NCBI GenBank assembly: GCA_016868575.1
Contig: VGGL01000002.1
Location: forward strand, 1,703 to 65,702
Reading direction: 5' to 3'
DNA: 64,000 bases
Source: Bacteroidota bacterium
GTDB taxonomy: Bacteria > Bacteroidota > Bacteroidia > Bacteroidales > FEN-979
Shown here: piece after piece, positions 24,282 to 34,401 of the stretch
Layout of the letters: each line of letters starts with the position of its first letter
How positions within the stretch are numbered: position 1 is the first letter of the stretch
The notes under the pieces: generated by a model
Database searches by the model: none
Told to the model about the DNA's origin: nothing
What the model saw: only the letters and a program-made list of their open reading frames with translations
Position numbers and translations under genes: made by a program

Positions 24282-25592
24282 CTACTCCTTGCGGAACAGG
24301 GATCCCGTAACCCCCTTTTCGGTCAAAACCCTCATCAGGTATATGCCGGCGGGGAATTGATCAACAGCCACAGCTTGCCGGTATATTTGATGGTTGAATT
24401 GTCCGGTTTCCGTAACCATCCTCCCATGAAGATCAAAAATGCAGATGCTTTTGATCGGTTGATGATTTGGTGTTTCAACGGTAACCTGAGTGGTTGCAGG
24501 ATTTGGATAAATCTGCAATGAATTATCTGTCAGTTCATTTGATCCTGCCGCAGATATCTGGTAATCTACTGTCACTGCATCACTGCTGATGCCGGTCGGA
24601 TAGGTGGTGATGGTATCCCCCTGAAGGCTGGTAACCAGGCAAATGCCGGCCGTAACATAATCTCCGATGTTAACATACAGCCGATCATTGATAGAATCCA
24701 CGGCAGCAGACAAGATATAGGTAAAAGCGGCTGATCCCGGGTCCGGAACAACCACAGAATCAGCAATCTGAAGGGTATTAAGGTCAAATGACCCGATCCC
24801 GTAACCAAGTCCAAAGAAGAGCAGATTTTCTTTTATCCCGGCACCGGTAGTGACATTTTTGTCGAAAACGGTATTGATCACAGCATGGCCGGCAAGATCA
24901 TAGCAGGAGATGCTTCCAACGTCGGGTGTTGCATAGGGTGATTTGTTAACCGTGAAAAGTTTATTGTTGTAATGGTAGATATTCATGGTGCCGACTGCTG
25001 CCGCACCGAGGTTGATTTCCCGCTGGACAGTCCATCCTGTCGTTTCGACCACGGCGATCTTTCCTTCGGTTCCCATCCAGCCGCCATTCACGGCAACATA
25101 AACAGAATCCTCAACGACAGTCATGTAGCCACAGTCGCCTGAAATGCCGGCTACGGATGACAGCAGAGACAAGTTGGCGGTGTCGAGCACTTGCAGGAAG
25201 TACACCGCCACCGGCCATTGTTTTGAAACGAGCAACCCGCCATTGAAAAGGAACAACTTATTGACTCCGGAATCGGCGATGGCGGTAATCCGCCGGTGAT
25301 TTTTCAGGTTGATCTTCACGATCGAATCCTGAGCTGCGATGAAGGCCACATCTCCCGACACTAAAATGTCTTGAGCCGACTGTGTATAAATGGTTTGGAT
25401 ATCCGCTGTCAGACCACTCAGGGGGTAATAGGATTGAACAGTCACAAAGTCCTGATAAGGTGGAGAAAACTCAAACTTGCCGCTGTTGGCTGTAAGGATC
25501 TGCCGGACATAGGGTGTTTGCCCGGAAAGCATAAAGGAAAGGGTCAATCCCGGACAAATCAGTAATAACGAATACAACTTCTTCATTTTCAA
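24282..25592 (-). CDS. T9SS C-terminal-target-domain protein (secreted, beta-rich)
   Basis: Signal peptide, then a C-terminal LQIYPNPATTQVTVET...GIYLMRVLTEKGVTGSLFRKE Por sorting domain. Confidence 0.8.
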   Translation of the reverse strand: MKMKKLYSLLLICPGLTLSFMLSGQTPYVRQILTANSGKFEFSPPYQDFVTVQSYYPLSGLTADIQTIYTQSAQDILVSGDVAFIAAQDSIVKINLKNHRRITAIADSGVNKLFLFNGGLLVSKQWPVAVYFLQVLDTANLSLLSSVAGISGDCGYMTVVEDSVYVAVNGGWMGTEGKIAVVETTGWTVQREINLGAAAVGTMNIYHYNNKLFTVNKSPYATPDVGSISCYDLAGHAVINTVFDKNVTTGAGIKENLLFFGLGYGIGSFDLNTLQIADSVVVPDPGSAAFTYILSAAVDSINDRLYVNIGDYVTAGICLVTSLQGDTITTYPTGISSDAVTVDYQISAAGSNELTDNSLQIYPNPATTQVTVETPNHQPIKSICIFDLHGRMVTETGQFNHQIYRQAVAVDQFPAGIYLMRVLTEKGVTGSLFRKE

Positions 25593-25655
25593 TCAATTAT
25601 ATTTATTAATGTATTTCATGATCTGGCAAAATTCCGATTTTTTTCAATTCTTTGT

Positions 25656-25663
25656 TACATTTG
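25656..25663 (+). promoter_or_regulatory. -7 promoter box TACATTTG
   Basis: Exact TAnnTTTG, 13 nt upstream of the ATG at 25677. Confidence 0.45.
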
Positions 25664-25676
25664 GAAAAAATTAACA

Positions 25677-26828
25677 ATGGCATCATCTGTTTCGATCATC
25701 TCCAAGCTTTCCAATACGCCAACGACGATTTTCACCGTGATGTCAAGGCTGGCCGGTGAACACGGAGCCATTAACCTTTCCCAGGGTTTTCCCGATTTTG
25801 AGATATCCGCTGAGCTTATTTCCCTGGTGAACAAATACATGAAGAAAGGCTGCAACCAATACGCACCCATGCAAGGGGTTCCGGCGTTGCGGAGCGCCAT
25901 ATCAGAGAAAGTACGCAAATCGTATGGCGTCATCTTTGATCCGGAAACTGAGATTACCATTACGGCTGGAGGAACACAGGGATTGTTTACAGCCATTGCC
26001 GCATTCATCCGTGAAGGGGATGAGGTGATCGTTTTTGATCCTGCCTATGACAGTTACGATCCGGCGGTTCGTCTGTGTGGGGGTACGGTGAAGCATTACG
26101 AAATGAAGTATCCTGATTTTCAGATTGATTGGCGGGAAGTACAAAAGCTTGTCACAGGTTCTACACGGATGATCATCATCAATACTCCCCACAATCCATC
26201 GGGTTCCATTCTCCGCACCAAAGACATGAAGAGCCTGGAAAAACTCACATCCAAAACCGATATCCTGGTCCTTAGCGATGAGGTCTATGAGCACCTGATC
26301 TTCGATGGCGAGAGCCACCAAAGTCTATGTCGGTATCCTGACCTCCAAAAACGCAGCCTGGTGGTTTATTCTTTTGGCAAGACCTTTCACGCAACAGGCT
26401 GGAAGATCGGTTATGTGCTCGCGCCGGAGTACCTGATGCATGAGTTTCGGAAAGTCCATCAGTTCAATGTGTTTACCTGCAACACCCCCATTCAGTATGC
26501 CCTGGCCGATTTTCTGACAGAAAGGAATTATGAAGGCCTGGGTATCTTCTATCAGCAAAAACGCGATCTCTTTCTGGAGGGGATCAAATCATCCCGTTTC
26601 AAGATCATCCCCTCCTTTGGAACCTATTTCCAGGTGCTGGAATACAATGCCATTACCGACGAGCATGATATGGATTTCGCCCGCAGTCTGACCATCGAGA
26701 AAGGGGTCGCGTCCATCCCGCTCAGCGCTTTTTACAAGGGTGGTATGGATCACCACATGCTCCGGTTTTGTTTCGCCAAGAAAGAGGAAACCCTGAAAAA
26801 AGCGGCGAAAATCCTTTGCACGATTTGA
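25677..26828 (+). CDS. ybdL: PLP-dependent methionine aminotransferase (YbdL-like, class I/II)
   Basis: SKLSNTPTTIFTVMSRLAGEHGAINLSQGFPDF closely parallels the E. coli YbdL N-terminus. SFGKTFHATGWKIGY carries the PLP lysine. Confidence 0.8.
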   Translation: MASSVSIISKLSNTPTTIFTVMSRLAGEHGAINLSQGFPDFEISAELISLVNKYMKKGCNQYAPMQGVPALRSAISEKVRKSYGVIFDPETEITITAGGTQGLFTAIAAFIREGDEVIVFDPAYDSYDPAVRLCGGTVKHYEMKYPDFQIDWREVQKLVTGSTRMIIINTPHNPSGSILRTKDMKSLEKLTSKTDILVLSDEVYEHLIFDGESHQSLCRYPDLQKRSLVVYSFGKTFHATGWKIGYVLAPEYLMHEFRKVHQFNVFTCNTPIQYALADFLTERNYEGLGIFYQQKRDLFLEGIKSSRFKIIPSFGTYFQVLEYNAITDEHDMDFARSLTIEKGVASIPLSAFYKGGMDHHMLRFCFAKKEETLKKAAKILCTI

Positions 26829-26913
26829 TCCTTCGAAAAAGTTCAATAAAAGAATCATTACGCTTCGAAAAGTAGTACTTTCGTGGCCATTTTAGCTCTA
26901 ACCATTTCAATCT

Positions 26914-28254
26914 ATGAATATCATCATTGCCGGAGACGGTGAGGTTGGTTTTCACCTGGCAAAAATCCTTTCGGAAGAGGATCACAATATCACCATTGTG
27001 GATCCGCACAAGGAGTTGCTCGACAAGTTACAGTCGCATACCGATATCATGACCATCACAGGCGATTCAACCCATGTATCGGTACTGGAAAGTGCCAATG
27101 CCCGGCGAGCCGACCTGCTGATTTCCGTCGTTCACTCAGAATACATCAATCTGCTGACCTGCATTGTTGGGAAAAAACTGGGAGCCAAGAGGACCATCGC
27201 CAGGATCTATAACCAGGAGTATCTCACGGATGATTACCTGGAATTTTTTAAAAAGCTTGGTGTGGATGACATGGTTTGCCCGGAACGCATTGCCGCTCAG
27301 GAGATTGCCGAACTGATCGACCAGACAGCCGCTACAGAGATCTATGAGTTTGCCGATGGGAAACTTTCCCTCTTCCTCATCTACCTCGATACCCATGCCC
27401 ATGTGCTGAACAAGTCACTGAATCAGATCGCTGCTGAAAACCCCAACTTAACTTTCCGGGCGGTGGCCATTCACCGGAAATCACAGACCATCATTCCGAA
27501 AGGGGATGATGTATTCCTGGAAAATGACCTGGCCTACGTGATCACCATGCCCGAAGGGATCAACCACCTGCTGAAACTGGGGGGAAAAGAAAAGATTGAA
27601 GTCCGGAATATGATCATTGCCGGCGGCGGTCGCACGGGGCGAAGCGCCTGCCGGGAGCTGCAGCGGAAATATAACATCAAGTTGATTGAGATCAATGAAG
27701 AACGGTGCGAATACCTATCAGGCGTTCTGGATAAAACACTTGTGATCCGGGGAGATGCCCGGGACATCCAACTTCTTGAGGATGAGGGTATTCGCGACAT
27801 GGATGCTTTTGTGGCGCTGACCGACAGCTCAGAAACCAACATCCTTACCTGTCTTCATGCCCGGAAAATGGGAGTGAAAAGAACCATCGCCCTGGTTGAA
27901 AACATCGACTACATTGATCTTTCACAGCATATCGGCATCAACACGATCGTCAACAAGAAACTGATCACTGCCAGCCACATTGCCCGATATACCAAGGAAG
28001 AACACGTTACCTCCCTGAAAATGCTTAGCGGTATTGATGCCGAAGTATTGGAGTTCGTGGTGAAACCCCATACGCCGGTGTTGAAAAAACCCATTGCCCG
28101 GTTAAATTTTCCGCAAGGGGCCATCATCGCAGGCATTATCAGGAAAGACAAGGGATTCATTGCATTGGGTAGTTTCCAGATTGAAGAGAACGACAAAGTG
28201 GTGGTTTTTGCCCTTCCCAACGCCATCCACAAGGTTGAAAAATTCTTTGAATAA
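26914..28254 (+). CDS. trkA: Trk system potassium uptake protein TrkA (tandem RCK/NAD-binding domains)
   Basis: Two GxGxxG Rossmann motifs (IIIAGDGEVG; IIAGGGRTG), each followed by an RCK_C domain. Confidence 0.92.
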   Translation: MNIIIAGDGEVGFHLAKILSEEDHNITIVDPHKELLDKLQSHTDIMTITGDSTHVSVLESANARRADLLISVVHSEYINLLTCIVGKKLGAKRTIARIYNQEYLTDDYLEFFKKLGVDDMVCPERIAAQEIAELIDQTAATEIYEFADGKLSLFLIYLDTHAHVLNKSLNQIAAENPNLTFRAVAIHRKSQTIIPKGDDVFLENDLAYVITMPEGINHLLKLGGKEKIEVRNMIIAGGGRTGRSACRELQRKYNIKLIEINEERCEYLSGVLDKTLVIRGDARDIQLLEDEGIRDMDAFVALTDSSETNILTCLHARKMGVKRTIALVENIDYIDLSQHIGINTIVNKKLITASHIARYTKEEHVTSLKMLSGIDAEVLEFVVKPHTPVLKKPIARLNFPQGAIIAGIIRKDKGFIALGSFQIEENDKVVVFALPNAIHKVEKFFE

Positions 28255-28278
28255 TCCGCAGAAAGGAACCATTTCCCG

Positions 28279-29724
28279 ATGAAAATCAGCATGCTTGCCA
28301 AAGCGGTAGGGATCATGATGATGCTGGAAAGCATTGCCCTGCTGGCTTGTTTCATCATCTCCCTGATCATTCCTGATGGGGGGATGGATGCCTTTGCATT
28401 TTCTTCGGTTTCTATTTTCCTGGTCGGCTTTTTCCTTTGGCTGGCCTACCGGAGAGCCAAGTTTGCCAGCACCGCAAGGAGGGAGGGATACCTGATGGCG
28501 CCCGTTTCCCTTATCGTGGTCATCCTGGGTGGCGCCTTACCTTATCTCCTGAGTGGCACCCTTACCCATTTTTCCGATGCCTTTTTCGAGAGCACTTCCG
28601 GTTTCACAACCACGGGTGCAACGGTTATCAATGATGTTGAATGCTTGCCCCACAGTATCGTCTTTTGGAGAAGTATGACCCAGTGGCTGGGTGGTTTGGG
28701 AATTCTATTCCTGGTCACCGGCATCTTTCCTTACATCAACCTTGCAGGGATGCAGTTGTTTTCAATGGAAATACCCGGGGTCATCAAGGACAGGGTTCAC
28801 CCGCACCTGGCGGGAGTTGCCAAGCGCCTGTTTGCCCTCTATTTTCTTTTTACGATCCTGGAAGTGGTTGTTTTGATGATGATGAAAATACCCTGGTTTG
28901 AATCTGTATGTTTTTCTTTTTCAACCATTTCCACAGGAGGATTTTCACCATTTAACGACAGTGTGATGTCCCTTGCCCCCTCGGTTCAATGGATATTGAT
29001 TATCTTTATGTTGTTGGCCGGAATGAGTTTTCCGTTACACTATTTTGTATTGAAGGGAAAATTTATAAAGATCTGGGAAGATGAGGAATTCAGGTATTAT
29101 TTTTCACTGATCTTTTTCATCTCAATGGTCACGGCAGTTGTGCTGTGGTATGCTGCCGACAAAACCCTGATCGTGTCCATCAGGGATGCAGTTTTTCAAG
29201 TCGTATCCATTGTTTCAACCACCGGTTTTATCTCTTTGGATGTGGCGTTTTGGCCTCCTTTTCTCTGGTTCATGATATTGCTCTTGCTGTTCGTTGGGGG
29301 ATGTTCCGGTTCACCTTCCGGAGGTATTAAAACCCTCCGGCATATCATCCTGTTTAATAATGCGCGGGCAGAATTCCGTAAACTCCTGCATCCCAATGCC
29401 GTCATCTGCGTGAGGTACAATGATAAGCCTGTCACCAAGGAATTCATTTTCAACACCCTGGTTTTCTTTCTGGTGTATCTCATGATTTTTGCCCTGGGCT
29501 CACTGGCGCTGTCGTTGTTTGGAATGGATTTCATCTCTTCTCTCACCACAGCAGCATCTACCCTTGGTAATGTTGGCCCCGGTTTTACGAAAGATATTCA
29601 GAACTATTTGTTTATTTCCCATCCCATCCCCATCAAGTGGGTCATGGTTTTGCTTATGATCGCAGGCCGTCTTGAATTATTTGCCTTTTTTATCATTTTC
29701 TCACCCATCTTCTGGAGAAAATAA
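28279..29724 (+). CDS. trkH: TrkH family potassium transporter, paralogue 1 (most divergent)
   Basis: 481 aa with four pore-loop glycine motifs (TTTGATV, STGGFSP, TTGFIS, GNVGPG). Confidence 0.9.
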   Translation: MKISMLAKAVGIMMMLESIALLACFIISLIIPDGGMDAFAFSSVSIFLVGFFLWLAYRRAKFASTARREGYLMAPVSLIVVILGGALPYLLSGTLTHFSDAFFESTSGFTTTGATVINDVECLPHSIVFWRSMTQWLGGLGILFLVTGIFPYINLAGMQLFSMEIPGVIKDRVHPHLAGVAKRLFALYFLFTILEVVVLMMMKIPWFESVCFSFSTISTGGFSPFNDSVMSLAPSVQWILIIFMLLAGMSFPLHYFVLKGKFIKIWEDEEFRYYFSLIFFISMVTAVVLWYAADKTLIVSIRDAVFQVVSIVSTTGFISLDVAFWPPFLWFMILLLLFVGGCSGSPSGGIKTLRHIILFNNARAEFRKLLHPNAVICVRYNDKPVTKEFIFNTLVFFLVYLMIFALGSLALSLFGMDFISSLTTAASTLGNVGPGFTKDIQNYLFISHPIPIKWVMVLLMIAGRLELFAFFIIFSPIFWRK

Positions 29725-29730
29725 TATCCC

Positions 29731-31176
29731 ATGAACTGGAAAATCATCCTTCGGACGATTGGTATTCTGCTTCTGATTGAGGGCGGGTTTATTTTTACCT
29801 GCTTGCCCTTTTCTTATTATTATGGTGGGGATGATGCCCGGGCGCTGATCATTTCCGGGGTTATTACGCTTCTTTCCGGATTTTCTCTGCTTGCCCTGTT
29901 CAAGTCAAGCAAAGCCGCTGATGTTGGCAAAAAAGAAGGATATTTTATTGTGGCTTCAACCTGGATGATCATGTCCCTCTTCGGCGGTTTGCCTTACATG
30001 ATCCATGGCAGCATACCATCACTTGCGGATGCCTTTTTTGAAGCGATGTCAGGCTTTACCACCACCGGGGCTTCCATCTTAACCGATGTTGAAGCGCTTC
30101 CCAAAGGTTTATTATTCTGGCGAGCGATGACCCATTGGATTGGAGGCATGGGAATTATCGTATTTACCATCGCCATTCTCCCCATTTTCGGTTTCGGAGG
30201 GATGCAGTTATTTGCGGCGGAGTCACCGGGTCCGACCAAAGACAAGCTTCAGCCACGCATTAAGGAGACAGCCCGGCTGCTCTGGGGTATCTATGTGTTT
30301 ATGACTTTTCTGGAGACCATTTTACTTATGCTCGGCGGAATGAATCTTTGGGAATCCCTTTGTTTGACTTTTTCTACGGTTGCAACCGGCGGATTTGGAA
30401 CGAGAAATACAAGTATTGGGGATTTCTCTCCATTTATACAGTACGTCATTACTATTTTTATGATCCTTGCCGGAACCCATTTCTCTCTCCATTACTTCAT
30501 GATTCGGGGGAAATTCAAGCTTGTTTGGAGAAACCAGGAGTTCCGGTTCTACCTTTTCCTTATCCTGATCTCCACTTTGGTGATCTGGACCGCATTAGGG
30601 GTTTTGTCCGAAACAGGCATAGAATCCTCTTTCCGCTTGGCGCTCTTTCAGGTTGTGAGCATCCTTACCACCACGGGGTTCGCCACGGCTGATTACCTGT
30701 TGTGGCCTCCATTTACCTGGTTTCTGCTGTTCCTGCTGATGTTCATTGGCGGCATGGCCGGATCCACAGCCGGAAGTGTGAAAGTGGTCAGGGTGCTGTT
30801 GTTTTTAAAAGTTTTCCGCCAGCAGATCAGGAAGAGTATCCACCCCAACATGATCAGAAACATTATGTTCAACGACCAGCCGGTGCAGCAGACCATCCTG
30901 GGTGGGGCGCTGACCATGATCTTGCTGTATCTGATCACCTTTGCCGGAGGAACCCTGGCGCTAATAATAACCAATGTGCCTTTCCTGGATGCAGCCGGGT
31001 CTGCAGCAGCCTGTCTTGGAAATGTTGGACCGGGATTGGGCGCCGAAGGGCCTGTGGGCAATTATGCTCATCTGACTGCCCTCTCCAAATGGATTTTATC
31101 CATACTCATGTATATGGGACGCCTTGAGCTTTTTTCTGTCTTAATCTTGTTTGCACCTTCTTTCTGGAAAAAATGA
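29731..31176 (+). CDS. trkH: TrkH family potassium transporter, paralogue 2
   Basis: 481 aa with all four pore loops. Roughly two-thirds identical to paralogue 3 by eye. Confidence 0.9.
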   Translation: MNWKIILRTIGILLLIEGGFIFTCLPFSYYYGGDDARALIISGVITLLSGFSLLALFKSSKAADVGKKEGYFIVASTWMIMSLFGGLPYMIHGSIPSLADAFFEAMSGFTTTGASILTDVEALPKGLLFWRAMTHWIGGMGIIVFTIAILPIFGFGGMQLFAAESPGPTKDKLQPRIKETARLLWGIYVFMTFLETILLMLGGMNLWESLCLTFSTVATGGFGTRNTSIGDFSPFIQYVITIFMILAGTHFSLHYFMIRGKFKLVWRNQEFRFYLFLILISTLVIWTALGVLSETGIESSFRLALFQVVSILTTTGFATADYLLWPPFTWFLLFLLMFIGGMAGSTAGSVKVVRVLLFLKVFRQQIRKSIHPNMIRNIMFNDQPVQQTILGGALTMILLYLITFAGGTLALIITNVPFLDAAGSAAACLGNVGPGLGAEGPVGNYAHLTALSKWILSILMYMGRLELFSVLILFAPSFWKK

Positions 31177-31183
31177 TCTGTCC

Positions 31184-32629
31184 TTGAACTGGAAAATAAT
31201 TTTACGAACATTAGGACTTTTGTTGCTCATTGAAGGTGGATTTATCTTCCTCTCTTTGCCATTTTCTTTCTATTATAGCGGTGATGACTCCTTTGCCCTG
31301 ATTGTATCCGGATCAATCACCTGTATTATTGGGTTGGCCTTATTTTTTCTTTTTAAGAAAAGGCATGCCTCCGAAATTGGGAAAAAAGAGGGGTATTTCA
31401 TCGTCAGTGCAGCCTGGCTGATCATGGCCTTGTTTGGGGCGTTTCCATATATGATCCATGGCTGTATTCCTTCTTTCACCGATGCCTACTTCGAATCCAT
31501 TTCAGGGTTTTCAACGACCGGAGCATCCATTCTGACCGATGTGGAGGTCATTCCGCATGGACTTCTTTTCTGGAGAGCGCTGACGCATTGGATCGGAGGT
31601 ATGGGGATCATTGTATTTACCATCGCCATTTTACCCATTTTTGGTTTTGGGGGCATGCAACTTTTCGTCGCTGAATCTCCCGGACCAACAAAAGACAAAC
31701 TTCATCCCCGCATCAAGGAAACAGCGAGGTTGTTGTGGGGAATGTATTTGTTGCTAACTTTTCTTGAAACAGGTTTATTGATGTTGGGTGGAATGAGCTT
31801 GTGGGAAGCGCTGTGTCACTCATTTGCTACCGTAGCTACCGGAGGTTTTGGAACCAAAAACTCAAGTATCATTGGCTTTTCTCCTTATATTCAATATATC
31901 ATAACCATTTTCATGTTCCTTGCAGCAACGAATTTTTCCCTCTACTACTTTGCCTTCCGAGGCAGACCTGGCAAGCTTATTAAAAATCAGGAATATTGGC
32001 TCTATCTGATGATCCTGATCATTCCTTCCCTGATCATCACCGGATTTCTGATGGCCAAGATGAACATGGATATTGAAAAAGCATTCAGACTCGCGATTTT
32101 CCAGGTTACAAGCATTGTCTCTTGTACCGGATTTGCAACAGCAGATTATATGCTTTGGGATCCCTTTTGCTGGTTTCTCTTATTCATCCTGATGTTCTCC
32201 GGGGGTATGGCCGGTTCCACCACCGGGAGCATCAAAGTGGTTCGACATCTGTTACTGCTGAAAACACTCAGGTATTCGATCAGGAAAGTCATCCATCCCA
32301 ACCTTATAACCCATGTAAGGTTGGATAACTTTCCTATCCCTTCAGGGGTAATTTTCGGAGCGCTTAATTTCATCCTTCTTTACCTGATCACATTCCTCAC
32401 CGGTTCGGTGCTACTATTACTATTACAAGTCCCTGTGATTGAGTCATTTGGTTCTGTCGCAACCTGTATGGGCGGCATTGGTCCCGGACTGGGAGCTACT
32501 GGCCCGGTTGGGAATTTTGCCCATCTGCCTGCCGCAGCAAAATGGACCCTGGATGCCATGATGTACCTGGGACGCCTTGAGCTTTTTTCTGTCTTAATCT
32601 TGTTTGCACCTTCTTTCTGGAAAAAGTAA
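31184..32629 (+). CDS. trkH: TrkH family potassium transporter, paralogue 3 (probable TTG start)
   Basis: The TTG at 31184 gives (M)NWKIILRTLG, colinear with paralogue 2 MNWKIILRTIG, and the same 481-aa length. The listed start at 31151 would overlap paralogue 2. Confidence 0.85.
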   Translation: MNWKIILRTLGLLLLIEGGFIFLSLPFSFYYSGDDSFALIVSGSITCIIGLALFFLFKKRHASEIGKKEGYFIVSAAWLIMALFGAFPYMIHGCIPSFTDAYFESISGFSTTGASILTDVEVIPHGLLFWRALTHWIGGMGIIVFTIAILPIFGFGGMQLFVAESPGPTKDKLHPRIKETARLLWGMYLLLTFLETGLLMLGGMSLWEALCHSFATVATGGFGTKNSSIIGFSPYIQYIITIFMFLAATNFSLYYFAFRGRPGKLIKNQEYWLYLMILIIPSLIITGFLMAKMNMDIEKAFRLAIFQVTSIVSCTGFATADYMLWDPFCWFLLFILMFSGGMAGSTTGSIKVVRHLLLLKTLRYSIRKVIHPNLITHVRLDNFPIPSGVIFGALNFILLYLITFLTGSVLLLLLQVPVIESFGSVATCMGGIGPGLGATGPVGNFAHLPAAAKWTLDAMMYLGRLELFSVLILFAPSFWKK

Positions 32630-32679
32630 ATTGTGGTACAATTTGTCTATTTTTACTTCGCTGAAAACAAGAACGAACC

Positions 32680-34401
32680 ATGACCTTTATCCGGCGGATT
32701 TTTGATTATTCCGAAGCGTTTATCCACTGGAACTATCTCTTTGCCCTCGCGATGATGATGGTGGCGCTCACCTCCTCCAAATTCTTCATGAGTGTGAGTG
32801 AATTCTGGCTCCTTGGCGTTTTTTTGCTACAGGGGATGAAGAAAGATCGGTTCATCCGCTTTTTTGAATCATTCCCCGGCTGGAAAATAGGCCTGTACCT
32901 GATCCCGTACCTGTTGGTACAAATTGGCAACAGCATTTGGAAACAACTGCGGGTATTTTTTCAAAACAAACCTGCCTTGATCTTCAGTTCCTTGTTTTTG
33001 CTCCACCTCCTGGGACTTCTGTATACTACCGATTTTTCCTATGCCTTCAAAGATCTCCGTACCAAGCTTCCACTCCTGATCCTTCCGATTTTCTTTGCAG
33101 CCCTGCCCAAAATCAACAGAAAGACCTTTGGCTTCATCATGCTCTTCTTTATCGGCGCCCTGTTGCTGGTAAGCATCAAGAATATCTCCTATTACGCCTT
33201 GTATCCTATTGCCGATCTCCGCGAAATATCTTCCTTTATCTCTCATATCATTTTTGGAATCCTGATGGGTCTTGGGGTCTATTACCCGGGGTATTTCATC
33301 TTCCGCAACAGCTTCGAGAAAAATTGGATCAGATTGATATTCGTGCTGATCATCGGCTGGTTCATCTTCTACCTGATCCTGTCGGAATCGGTTACCGGCA
33401 TCATCATTTCCATCATGTCATCAGGGGTATTGCTTCTTCTCTTTCTTATCCACGGGAGAAGCTACCGGCTTATTGCCATCCTGTCCCTGGCATATCTTGC
33501 GGCATTAACTGCATCTGTTCTATATATCCGGAGTATCTATCTTGAATCGGAGAAAGTCAATCCTATAGACCTGACCAAACTGGATTCGGTCACTGCGCTG
33601 GGTAATCCCTATGTCCATAATCTTTTGGAAAAACAAACCGAGAACGGTTATTATCTGTGGATATTCATTTCCTGGGAAGAGCTCAGAAGTGCCTGGAATT
33701 CACGCAGTAACTTCGACTTCGATGGGGTTGATCAAAAAAAACAGGTATTAAAAAACACCTTGGTACGGTTCCTTACCTCCAAAGGATTGCGCAAGGATGC
33801 AGAAGGAGTGAATACACTCACTGACAAGGAGATTCTGGCTATTGAATCAGGTATTGCAAATGTTAAATGCCTGGAAGACTGGGGCATCCGTAACCGGATC
33901 CGGGAGACTATTTTTGAGATTAAGGATTATCAGCGCACCCATGATCCTTCGGGACATTCGCTCATCCAACGGATGGAATTCTGGCGCGCCTCCATTGGGA
34001 TTATTGGCGAACATCCCTGGATTGGTGTCGGAACAGGAGATATGAACGTTGCTTTTCAACACCAATATGAGAAGATGAATACCATGCTGGCTCCTGATCA
34101 GCGATGGCGGTCGCACAACCAGTTTCTTTCCATCACGGTTGGGTTTGGCCTCATCGGCTTAACCTGGTTCCTCCTGAGCATCTTTGTCCCCGTGTATCTT
34201 TACCGACGGAAAGTGGATTTCTTTTTTACGATTTTTCTGATCTTTATCCTCCTGGCCATGTTGACGGAAGATACCATTGAATCACAGGCAGGAGTAACCC
34301 TGTATGCCTTTTTCTATTGCTTTTTCCTGTTTGGGAGGGAAGCCCCGAAAGAGGTTAGTGATCCGCTTTCCAATCACCACCTTCCCGGATCAGTTGGATA
34401 A
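32680..34401 (+). CDS. O-antigen ligase/polymerase family membrane protein (Wzy_C type)
   Basis: 573 aa, more than 10 TM helices, a large periplasmic loop, and RSHNQFLSITVGFGLIGL-type motif. Its 3' end overlaps convergent ispG by 47 nt. Confidence 0.75.
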   Translation: MTFIRRIFDYSEAFIHWNYLFALAMMMVALTSSKFFMSVSEFWLLGVFLLQGMKKDRFIRFFESFPGWKIGLYLIPYLLVQIGNSIWKQLRVFFQNKPALIFSSLFLLHLLGLLYTTDFSYAFKDLRTKLPLLILPIFFAALPKINRKTFGFIMLFFIGALLLVSIKNISYYALYPIADLREISSFISHIIFGILMGLGVYYPGYFIFRNSFEKNWIRLIFVLIIGWFIFYLILSESVTGIIISIMSSGVLLLLFLIHGRSYRLIAILSLAYLAALTASVLYIRSIYLESEKVNPIDLTKLDSVTALGNPYVHNLLEKQTENGYYLWIFISWEELRSAWNSRSNFDFDGVDQKKQVLKNTLVRFLTSKGLRKDAEGVNTLTDKEILAIESGIANVKCLEDWGIRNRIRETIFEIKDYQRTHDPSGHSLIQRMEFWRASIGIIGEHPWIGVGTGDMNVAFQHQYEKMNTMLAPDQRWRSHNQFLSITVGFGLIGLTWFLLSIFVPVYLYRRKVDFFFTIFLIFILLAMLTEDTIESQAGVTLYAFFYCFFLFGREAPKEVSDPLSNHHLPGSVG

